From: Chloroflexota bacterium
Lineage (GTDB): Bacteria; Chloroflexota; Anaerolineae; Anaerolineales; Villigracilaceae
NCBI GenBank assembly: GCA_016195815.1
Contig: JACPYX010000004.1
Coordinates: 69,168 to 133,167, forward strand
DNA: 64,000 nucleotides
Direction of reading: 5' to 3'
Positions within the stretch are counted from its first letter, which is position 1. Each line of letters begins with the position of its first letter. Shown here one piece after another: positions 49,657 to 57,246 of the stretch. The translations under genes were made by a program, and so were the position numbers. The notes beneath the pieces were generated by a model that was not told the DNA's origin, ran no database searches, and saw nothing but the letters and a program-made list of their open reading frames with translations.

Positions 49657-51423
49657 TTATTCGCTTATTTTAATATGCAATTCCTTCAACTGTTTCTGCT
49701 CAACCGGTGACGGCGCATCGGCCATCACATCGCGCGCGTTTTGATTCTTCGGGAAGGCGATCACTTCGCGAATGTTTGGTTCGTCGGCCAGCAGCATCAC
49801 AAGGCGGTCAATTCCAGGAGCCATGCCGCCATGCGGCGGCGCGCCATATTCGAAGGCTTCCAGCATGTGGCCAAACTTCGCCTGAATGTCTTCATCCTTG
49901 ATTCCAAGCAGTTGGAACATCTTGAGTTGAATATCGCGGCGATGGATACGAATGGAACCCGAAGCCATCTCGTAACCGTTGCACACCATGTCATATGCAT
50001 CCGACAAAACTTCGCCGGGATTCGTGTCGAACTTTGGCAGGTCTTCAATCTTCGGCATGGTGAACGGATGATGTTCCGATTCCCATTTTTGTTCATCCTC
50101 ATTCCACGCGAAGAACGGGAAATCCACGACCCAGGCAAAAGCCATCAAATCTTTGTCGGCCAGGTTGAGTTTATCGCGTAGAATCAAACGTAGTGCGCCG
50201 AGAACTTTATTGACCACTGCACGTTTATCGGCGGCAATCAGGATCAGATCGCCTTCCTTCGCTCCCGTTATTTTTTTGACTTGCTCCGCTTCTTCAGGTT
50301 TGACGAATTTCGCGGCGGTTCCTTTCAGGCCCTCGGCGGTTACCGCTAAAGTGGCCAGTCCCTTCGCCCCAAATGTTTTCGCAGACTCGGTCAACGCGTC
50401 CACTTCCTTGCGGGACATGTCCGCGCTATCGGGGGTGACGATGCACTTGATCACGCCCCCCGCTTCAAGGGCAGATTGAAAGACGCGGAAATCGGTCGCT
50501 TTGAAAATATCGGTCAAGTCTAGAAGCTCCATCCCGAAGCGCAAGTCCGGTTTGTCTGATCCATATTTTTCGACGGCTTCTTTATAGGAAAGTTTCGGCC
50601 ACGGCGTGGATAATAATTTTTTGTGCGGCGCGACCGCGGGAATCATTTCGGTGTACAGCCCCTCGACCATTTCGAGTACATCATCGCGATGCACGAAGGA
50701 CATCTCAAGATCAAGTTGAGTGAATTCGGGCTGGCGGTCGCCGCGCAAATCTTCGTCGCGGAAACAACGCGCGATCTGAAAGTAGCGGTCCATGCCTGCC
50801 ACCATCAGCAACTGTTTGAGTTGTTGTGGTGATTGCGGCAGCGCGTAAAACTGTCCGGCGTGAATGCGGGAGGGGACGAGGTAATCGCGCGCGCCTTCGG
50901 GTGTGGCCTTAAAAAGGATGGGCGTTTCGACTTCGATGAAGTTCCGCTGGTCGAGATAATCGCGCATGAACTTGATGACGCGGTGCCGCAAAACCATGTT
51001 GCGATTCATTTTCTCGCGGCGCAGGTCGAGATAGCGATATTTCAGGCGCGTGTTCTCGTCCGGCAGGTCGGTATCGTCGCTGACCATCATCGGCAGGGTT
51101 TTGGCGGGATTGAGCACTTCGATGGATTGTGCGATGACTTCGATCTCGCCCGTTTCCATTTTCGGATTTGCCATGCCGTCCGGCCGCTTTTGAACAACAC
51201 CCGTTATTTGCAAAACCCATTCGAAACGGACATTTGCCACGCTGTCGAGAGTTGCCTTGGACAGATTAGGGTTGATGGTAACTTGCACGATGCCATAACG
51301 GTCGCGCAGATCAAAGAAGATCACCCCGCCGTGGTCGCGCCGACGATGCACCCAGCCCGCCAGTGTGACGGTCTGTCCCACATGGGATGTTTGCAATTCG
51401 CCGCAAGAATGAGTTTTATACAT
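49657..51423 (-). CDS. aspS: Aspartate--tRNA ligase (bacterial type)
   Basis: 588 aa from the ATG at 51423 (GGAGG SD 6 nt upstream). [10 protein letters not shown]... [17 protein letters not shown], class II motifs, and the bacterial insertion domain. The 90-codon upstream extension of the ORF is rejected. Confidence 0.95.
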   Translation of the reverse strand: MYKTHSCGELQTSHVGQTVTLAGWVHRRRDHGGVIFFDLRDRYGIVQVTINPNLSKATLDSVANVRFEWVLQITGVVQKRPDGMANPKMETGEIEVIAQSIEVLNPAKTLPMMVSDDTDLPDENTRLKYRYLDLRREKMNRNMVLRHRVIKFMRDYLDQRNFIEVETPILFKATPEGARDYLVPSRIHAGQFYALPQSPQQLKQLLMVAGMDRYFQIARCFRDEDLRGDRQPEFTQLDLEMSFVHRDDVLEMVEGLYTEMIPAVAPHKKLLSTPWPKLSYKEAVEKYGSDKPDLRFGMELLDLTDIFKATDFRVFQSALEAGGVIKCIVTPDSADMSRKEVDALTESAKTFGAKGLATLAVTAEGLKGTAAKFVKPEEAEQVKKITGAKEGDLILIAADKRAVVNKVLGALRLILRDKLNLADKDLMAFAWVVDFPFFAWNEDEQKWESEHHPFTMPKIEDLPKFDTNPGEVLSDAYDMVCNGYEMASGSIRIHRRDIQLKMFQLLGIKDEDIQAKFGHMLEAFEYGAPPHGGMAPGIDRLVMLLADEPNIREVIAFPKNQNARDVMADAPSPVEQKQLKELHIKISE

Positions 51424-51529
51424 AATGCGCCTCCAGAATTCAAATTCAAACCGCGCGAAGGCCGCAAGGAAGAAAGATGAAAGAAGAAAAATCTCAGTGT
51501 CCTTAGCGTGCTTGGCGGTAATCTTAGAC

Positions 51530-51564
51530 AAAATAAATCGCCCTCCGCGTCTGCGTTGGGCGAT
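51530..51564 (-). terminator. Intrinsic terminator in the aspS leader (attenuator)
   Basis: Minus-strand RNA is AUCGCCC-(14 nt loop)-GGGCGAU followed by UUAUUUU. The 5' arm overlaps a perfect 10-bp alternative pairing partner. Confidence 0.6.
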
Positions 51565-51586
51565 TGGTTTGATCACCTGATTTCGA

Positions 51587-51673
51587 TCAACCTGCAACGT
51601 TTCGCCCAACGTCCGCTTTGCGGTCGTCATTATCATTATTATTGTTGTTAGCGAAGAGTTTGTTGGGCTGCAT
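51587..51673 (-). CDS. Putative Asn/Asp-rich leader peptide (28 codons) of the aspS-asnS operon
   Basis: Reads [28 protein letters not shown]. Codons 9-17 are AAC AAC AAT AAT AAT GAT AAT GAC GAC. The ATG lies 8 nt downstream of a TGcTATAAT box, so the geometry is leaderless. Confidence 0.5.
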   Translation of the reverse strand: MQPNKLFANNNNNDNDDRKADVGRNVAG

Positions 51674-51681
51674 GTGACGAC

Positions 51682-51690
51682 ATTATAGCA
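51682..51690 (-). promoter_or_regulatory. Extended -10 promoter element (TGcTATAAT) for the aspS leader
   Basis: The minus strand reads TGCTATAAT. The -35 region is weak, as is usual for extended -10 promoters. Confidence 0.4.
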
Positions 51691-51837
51691 CAAGTGATTT
51701 GGGGCCGACGTTTTGAAAACCGCTCAACCGTCAGACACATGACTTTCTTGAAATCCATGGCGGACTCTATCCATTATCATTTTTTCAGACAAGATTTTCG
51801 ATGTTCAAAACTCATGGAGGTTCGATAAACTCTCCTC

Positions 51838-51867
51838 TTGACAATTATAGAACAATTGTTCTATAAT
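51838..51867 (+). promoter_or_regulatory. Consensus sigma-70 promoter overlapped by a 24-bp perfect palindrome containing a Gram-positive-type LexA box (GAAC-N4-GTTC)
   Basis: TTGACA (51838-51843), 18-nt spacer, TATAAT (51862-51867). ATTATAGAACAA|TTGTTCTATAAT (51844-51867) is perfectly self-complementary, with core AGAACAATTGTTCT. Confidence 0.6.
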
Positions 51868-51898
51868 CTGTTTACTTGTGACCTCAAAGGAGGCAGTA

Positions 51899-52672
51899 AT
51901 GAACACTTATCGTCCAACGCGTACATTAGGGGATGGCTTGGCAAAACTCTGGCGTGATCTAACTCACGGGCGCGCTCTCAATCGCGGCGCGGCCTGGGGA
52001 CTGATGATCGTCGGCGCTTTGCTCGCTTTCGAAGTTTTCAACTTTAGCACCACACAGTTTGCCCTGGCAGATGTGCTTGGCAATCTGGCTTTCGCCGGTT
52101 TTCGCTGGGCCACCATTCTCGCTATTGCATTCTGTGGCATTGACTTTGCCGGTATTGCCCGCATCTTTACTCCGCAACAAGGACGCGACGAACCCGCTGA
52201 AGTCTGGTATCTGTTCGGTGCGTGGCTGCTGGCGGCCGGCTTTAACGCCATACTGACCTGGTGGGGCGTATCCGTTGCAATTGTCAACAACACCAGCGCT
52301 GCCTCGGGCGCAGTTCTCAGCGTCGCCACGATGACCAAAGTCGTGCCGATCTTTGTGGCTGTCATGGTCTGGCTGATTCGCATTTTGATCATTGGCACGT
52401 TTTCGCTTTCCGGCGATAACCTTTTCTCCACGGCTGAAGTCCGCGCCAGGCAAGGCCAGCGGCCAGTGATGCAGCCGCCGCGGCCCGCCGCATCTTCGCA
52501 GCCGATCTTGCGGCCAGCCTCATCCCTGCCGCGGCCGATTCAGGCCCAGCCATATCGTCCCGCGCCGAAACCGGCGCCGCCAACCCAATATAATCGCCCT
52601 GAACCCACCTATCACAATATGTCTTTCGATGCACCTTCCACGCCTTATGATGCCGGAGAACCGCGCAACTAA
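51899..52672 (+). CDS. Membrane protein with ~4-5 TM helices and Pro/Gln/Ala-rich C-terminal tail, unknown function
   Basis: GGAGG SD 6 nt before the ATG at 51899. 257 aa. The tail reads ...QPPRPAASSQPILRPASSLPRPIQAQPYRPAPKPAPPTQYNRPEP. Confidence 0.65.
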   Translation: MNTYRPTRTLGDGLAKLWRDLTHGRALNRGAAWGLMIVGALLAFEVFNFSTTQFALADVLGNLAFAGFRWATILAIAFCGIDFAGIARIFTPQQGRDEPAEVWYLFGAWLLAAGFNAILTWWGVSVAIVNNTSAASGAVLSVATMTKVVPIFVAVMVWLIRILIIGTFSLSGDNLFSTAEVRARQGQRPVMQPPRPAASSQPILRPASSLPRPIQAQPYRPAPKPAPPTQYNRPEPTYHNMSFDAPSTPYDAGEPRN

Positions 52673-52743
52673 ATTAACTGCTTCAAAAATAAAACAATTC
52701 AATCGACGCGGGTTTCCAAACCCGATGTGCAAAGGAAAATACT

Positions 52744-53417
52744 ATGCCCCGCGCTCGTCACAATCAAAACATCCGGCAAACAGCCGCGGCCAACGAATAC
52801 GAAGGCAGCGGCTGTTTGTCTGTCTTCATGCTTCCGCCGCTCATTGTCCTTTTTGTTGGGCTTTTACTGGCGTTCTTCGCCGCGAATATTCCCGCTCAAG
52901 CTACCACTCTTCAAATGGCCAATGCGGAACTGGCTCCGTTCTTCACCCCCGAAGTGGATTATTGGGCAGCGGCCATTTCAAGATGGGCAAACGCTTCAAA
53001 TCTGGACCCGAACTTGGTCGCCGTTGTCATGCAGATTGAATCGTGCGGAAATCCTTCTGCGCGCTCGAGCGCCGGAGCCATGGGGCTTTTCCAGGTTATG
53101 CCGTTTCATTTTTTCGTTACCGACAGTATGACCCGGACACAAATGCCGCGCGTGGATTGGCTTATCTCAAGCGCGCTCTCAATGCGGCCAAGAATGATGT
53201 TCGATTGGCACTGGCAGGTTATAACGGCGGTATCGGCGTCATTACAAGCGCTGAATTGAATTGGCCGGCCGAGACCGTCCGTTATGTTTATTACGGAAGC
53301 GGGATCTATGAAGACGCGCGCGCCGGGCAGCCGCGGAGCAGCCGTCTTGATGAATGGTATTCAAGATACGGGGCGGGGCTTTGCAATCAAGCGCGGCAGT
53401 ATCAAACCGCGCGCTGA
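52744..53417 (+). pseudogene. Membrane-anchored lytic transglycosylase (SLT domain), split by a -1 frame change at a T6 run
   Basis: Frame 1 carries the TM anchor and QIESCGNPSARSSAGAMGLFQVMPFHF. The rest of the domain (YDPDTNAARGLAYL...LALAGYNGG) is in the frame of ORF 53043..53417. The switch point lies at T TTT TTC, 53109-53115. Confidence 0.7.
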
Positions 53418-54781
53418 TTACTGATTAATGGAAGCCAGATTGCGAAGGTTGTGCCGCTGCCTTCCTTCGACTCGACTTTGATCGTCCCCTCGTGGTTTTC
53501 GACGATCCATTGTGCGATGGACAGACCGAGGCCGAAGCCGCTGGTCTTTGAGCGCGTACGCGATTTTTCGGCACGGTAGAAGCGCTCGAAGATGAAGGGC
53601 AAGTCTTCGGCGGGGATGCCCGGCCCAGTGTCCCGGACGATGATGCGAACCTGGTCGCCGATCTTTGCCAGCCCTATGAAAACATCCCCGCCCGGCGGCG
53701 TGTATTGGATGGCATTTCCAACCAAATTAAGTAAAACCTGTTTCAAACGATCGCGGTCGCCGGTGATTTGAATTTGATCAATATCGGCCATCTTAAGACG
53801 GACTTTTGTTCCTGCCAGAACGCGCATTTCCTGAAAGACTTCCAGCAGGAGTGTATCGAGTTCGACGGTTTTCATGTTGAGTGTCATCTTGCCGGACTCG
53901 GCCTGCGCCAGCAGGAGCAATCCGCCTACAAGACGGGTCAGACGGCCGGCCTCCTGATCAATGCTGGTCAACGATTCGTTGTCCAGTTGTTTCATGCGCC
54001 GCATGAGATCAACGTTGCCTTTGATGACAGTTAACGGAGTGCGAAGTTCATGACTGACATCTGCCAGAAAACGCTGTTGCGATGTGAAGAGTGTCTCAAG
54101 ACGTCCGAGCGTTTGATTGAAAGATTCGATCAGATTGCCGATCTCATCATTAGGCGGGCCTTTGTATGGAATGCGGCGTGATAGATCGTCTGCGCGGTTA
54201 ATGGCATCTGCCGTTTCCGAAACCGTCCGAAGCGGCGCGAGTGTCTGCCCGAGCACGAGCCAGGAACCAAGCCCGGCCAAAGCCACCGCGATCACCGCGG
54301 AAAAAAGAAGCGTGTTCAGCAAGCTGTTGCGGGCAGTGTCCGCCACGTTTAAATTGATTGCGACTTGCAGGATGCCGACTTTGTGACTTCCCACCCGCAA
54401 TGGGACGTTTAGGACGCGCAGATGTACGTTGTTGATCGTGTTTTCCCTGTAAACAGGCCGCCCCCAGCGCAGCCCGATCGGATCGAGCGAAGTAGTCAGT
54501 CGAGAGATTGCCGGCGAGGCGGTTTTGAGTTTCCCGTCCGTGCCCCATATTTGAATGTATGCATTACTGGTCATGTTGAGGGGCAGGGTAATGGCAGTGA
54601 TCTCGCCGCCAGATGTAACCTGCGTAACCTGCATGATCTCAAAGGCCGTACTGGCGAGCGTGTCATCCACCTGATTGAACAGCAAAATGCTAATGAGAAT
54701 ATAAGCCGCCGCGCCGAAGACGAGCAGGATTCCCCCGACCAGCGTGGAATAGAGAAGCGTAAGGCGGATACGGAGCGACAT
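53402..54781 (-). CDS. Sensor histidine kinase (2 TM, HAMP, HisKA, HATPase)
   Basis: 459 aa. H-box SHELRTPL, N/G boxes, and GFGLGLSIAQ. Confidence 0.9.
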   Translation of the reverse strand: MSLRIRLTLLYSTLVGGILLVFGAAAYILISILLFNQVDDTLASTAFEIMQVTQVTSGGEITAITLPLNMTSNAYIQIWGTDGKLKTASPAISRLTTSLDPIGLRWGRPVYRENTINNVHLRVLNVPLRVGSHKVGILQVAINLNVADTARNSLLNTLLFSAVIAVALAGLGSWLVLGQTLAPLRTVSETADAINRADDLSRRIPYKGPPNDEIGNLIESFNQTLGRLETLFTSQQRFLADVSHELRTPLTVIKGNVDLMRRMKQLDNESLTSIDQEAGRLTRLVGGLLLLAQAESGKMTLNMKTVELDTLLLEVFQEMRVLAGTKVRLKMADIDQIQITGDRDRLKQVLLNLVGNAIQYTPPGGDVFIGLAKIGDQVRIIVRDTGPGIPAEDLPFIFERFYRAEKSRTRSKTSGFGLGLSIAQWIVENHEGTIKVESKEGSGTTFAIWLPLISNQRAV

Positions 54782-54789
54782 AAAAATAT

Positions 54790-54895
54790 GTCACTGCGAG
54801 AAGTGTTGGTCATCCACTGCACACACGGCAAGCGGATACGAAGCAGTCTCTTTTTTTACGATGGATCGCTTCGCCTGGAAACGGCTCGCAATGAC
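54790..54895. repeat. Nested-palindrome repeat element, copy C (longer, more diverged), between RR and HK genes
   Basis: Left arm GTCACTGCGAG (54790-54800). Inner CGAAGCAGTCTC ... GATCGCTTCG. Right arm CTCGCAATGAC (54885-54895). Confidence 0.6.
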
Positions 54896-54904
54896 GGGGG
54901 AAAA

Positions 54905-55582
54905 TTAAGGATTTTCGCGAAGAACGTAGCCAACGCCGCGTACAGTATGAATAAGCCTCGCTTCGTTTTCGGCCTCCAACTTTTGGCGCAAATAGCGGAT
55001 GTAAACTTCCAGCACATTGCTCTCGCCGCCGAAGTCATAGCCCCAGACACGGTCAAAAATAACCTCGCGTGTTAAGACTTGTTTGGGGTGCCTCAGAAAG
55101 AGTTCGAGCAGTTCGTATTCTTTGGCGGTCAACGCCACGAGACGATTGCCGCGTGAGGCCTGCCTCGACCCGGTGTCAAGCGTCAGATCGGCAAATTTCA
55201 GCACGGGCACGCGCTCAGGCTGGGTGCGGCGTAGCAATGCCCGTACACGCGCCAACAGTTCGTCGAGGTTGAACGGCTTGACCATATAGTCGTCCGCCCC
55301 CGCGTCCAAGCCCTGAATGCGGTCATGCACCGTGTCTTTGGCGGTCAGCATCAAGATCGGGATCGAACTGCCCGTCCGCAGGCGATGACAAACTTCAAGA
55401 CCATCCATGCCGGGAAGCATCCAATCCAAGACAACAAGATCCGGTGTATGGTCACGCGCCAGGATCAAACCTGTTCGGCCATCGATAGCTGTATCAACGG
55501 TATAACCTTCGTAGGCCAGGCCGCGTTGCAGAAGTTTCAAAATTGCCTGATCGTCTTCAATGATCAATATGCGCTCATTCAT
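54905..55582 (-). CDS. OmpR-family response regulator
   Basis: AGGAG SD before the ATG at 55582. REC domain ([19 protein letters not shown]) plus a winged-helix C-terminus (VRGVGYVL). Confidence 0.9.
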   Translation of the reverse strand: MNERILIIEDDQAILKLLQRGLAYEGYTVDTAIDGRTGLILARDHTPDLVVLDWMLPGMDGLEVCHRLRTGSSIPILMLTAKDTVHDRIQGLDAGADDYMVKPFNLDELLARVRALLRRTQPERVPVLKFADLTLDTGSRQASRGNRLVALTAKEYELLELFLRHPKQVLTREVIFDRVWGYDFGGESNVLEVYIRYLRQKLEAENEARLIHTVRGVGYVLRENP

Positions 55583-55668
55583 AGTCAACTCCTGAACAAA
55601 ATATACCATAAATTGACTTGCTGTTACCATCGTCCGTTATCAACGATGTAGGTGATAAAATTGCAGGC

Positions 55669-56289
55669 ATGTCTCCTGTCAAGCGAATCTTTGACTTGTT
55701 GGCAACATCGCTTGGGCTGATCGTGATATCACCGATCATTTTTCTGATCGCGATTCTCGTTCGCGTCTTTCTTGGGACCCCAATCCTGTTTCGCCAGCAA
55801 CGACCCGGTTTCAAGGGACGGCCTTTCTACATCTACAAATTTCGCACCATGACCGATGCGCGCGGCCCCGATGGCAACCTGCTCCCCGACTCTGCGCGTC
55901 TAACTCGCTTCGGGCGGTTCCTGCGTTCTTTGAGTTTGGATGAGCTCCCGGAGCTTTTCAACATCCTGCGCGGCGAGATGAGCCTGGTCGGCCCGCGTCC
56001 CCTGCTGATGGAATATCTCCCGCTTTATTCACCCGAACAGATGCGCCGCCACGACGCGCATCCCGGCCTTACAGGCTGGGCGCAGATCAATGGGCGCAAC
56101 GCGATTGACTGGCCGACTCGCTTTGCGCTGGATGTTTGGTACGTGGATCACTGGTCGTTTTGGCTGGACATAAAAATATTATTCCTGAGTCTATGGAAAG
56201 TCATCAGGCGCGAAGGTGTCAGCCAGCCGGGGCAGGCCACAACGGAATACTTCACCGGCAATGAAGAGCAGAAATTGCCGAAATCTTGA
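55669..56289 (+). CDS. Bacterial sugar transferase (small PglC/WbaP-C-terminal type polyprenyl-phosphate hexose-1-phosphate transferase)
   Basis: 206 aa. N-terminal re-entrant helix, KFRTM, DELPQL-like DELPELFN, and GEMSLVGPRPL. Confidence 0.85.
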   Translation: MSPVKRIFDLLATSLGLIVISPIIFLIAILVRVFLGTPILFRQQRPGFKGRPFYIYKFRTMTDARGPDGNLLPDSARLTRFGRFLRSLSLDELPELFNILRGEMSLVGPRPLLMEYLPLYSPEQMRRHDAHPGLTGWAQINGRNAIDWPTRFALDVWYVDHWSFWLDIKILFLSLWKVIRREGVSQPGQATTEYFTGNEEQKLPKS

Positions 56290-56291
56290 AG

Positions 56292-56800
56292 ACCGATCAG
56301 AGTGATTTACTTGTGTTTGGGCCTGGCACGATGGCAGAAATGCCCATTTTGCGCATGTAGGCTGGCAATGTAGGGCGCGAAACGCCAAATTCGGCTGTAG
56401 GATCACCGCAATTTTGCGGGAGCCATAGAACGGACAGGCCGTGTAGATCTCGTCAATCCGTCGCTTGCTCGCCAGTTCGCGCGCCGAGGGGTGGCATAGG
56501 TATAATAATTGCCGCCAGAATCACAAAGATCTTGTTTCGCCTGATTGTCCAAGGCATATTGGCTCAAAAAAGGCTGATGAGGAAACTTGGGGAAAGATAT
56601 AAGTACAATCTGAAACATTTTCCTGTAAAGCGAAGGATAGAAGACTGGCTTCTTTGCAGGGGCCCTAAATAATTCAGATTACCAATTATTATATCGACAA
56701 TTAACCACTTCTTGAAATAATCCAAGCGGCCGAGCAAGCGGTGGAGAAAGCGGGCTGTCGGACGGGACCGTATGTCTAATCCTTGCCAGATCAACCGGAT
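56292..56800 (-). mobile_element. Decayed IS3-family transposase remnant (end of OrfA / N-terminal part of OrfB, several frameshifts, DDE domain absent)
   Basis: Minus-strand frames give ...SGGNYYTYATPRR / ARELASKRRIDEIYTACPFYGSRKIAVILQ / EFGVSRPTLPAYMRKMGISAIVPGPNTSK. This matches the conserved region preceding the IS3 integrase core. It is truncated at the sugar transferase stop. Confidence 0.5.
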
Positions 56801-56978
56801 GTCGGCGGGAAATGTTAAGACCTTTCGAAATCCTGATGAACAACACTTACTAATTACAGTAGAATGAACATAATAATAGATGAAGCCTGATTGGCAAGCA
56901 AAGCGAAAGGAAGTTGAGATGCAAGAAAGCCAACTAAACAGGGAAGAAAAAGAAGATCATGAATAAGACAACCCGGCG

Positions 56979-57212
56979 TTGAGTAAAGTGGGTGAAGAGT
57001 TCGAACGCCGCGCCGACCTGGATTTACATATTGGACTGTTGACCGAGCATGAATTGACCTGCGTCTTGCAGATGCAGGACGCGATACAGGATAAAATGGG
57101 AATCGCCAGTGATGAGAACAGCGAACTAACAGACCTTGAAATGGAAACCAAGCCAGAAGATGTATTGGCTGAAATTCACCGTCTTCAACAGCGCGAATAC
57201 AACACAAGGTAA
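56979..57212 (+). CDS. Small acidic hypothetical ORF (77 aa), doubtful
   Basis: ORF only, with a GTG start, in an AT-rich patch. No family recognised. Confidence 0.2.
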   Translation: MSKVGEEFERRADLDLHIGLLTEHELTCVLQMQDAIQDKMGIASDENSELTDLEMETKPEDVLAEIHRLQQREYNTR

Positions 57213-57246
57213 TCATTATGAAAAAAAGCTGCACTCCCAATTAAAT

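Noticed and set aside
51424-51690. T-box with GAC specifier in the aspS leader
   Set aside because: There is no T-box consensus adjacent to the terminator. The alternative pairings are fully explained by the four-segment attenuator around the N/D mini-ORF.
51424-51693. 90-codon N-terminal extension of the aspS ORF (ORF 49657..51693)
   Set aside because: The conserved AspRS N-terminus ([10 protein letters not shown]) begins at the ATG at 51423, which has a GGAGG SD. The extension runs through the terminator hairpin and has low-complexity, non-protein-like sequence.
52629-53131. ORFs 52629..53039 and 52727..53131 overlapping the SLT gene start
   Set aside because: These are alternative frames of the same region without motifs. 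The frame starting at 52744 carries the TM anchor and the SLT catalytic motif.
47112-54895. CRISPR array formed by the CTCGCAATGAC-type repeats
   Set aside because: The copies are 2-5 kb apart and separated by normal genes. They are internally palindromic and of unequal length. There are no regular repeat-spacer units and no cas genes.
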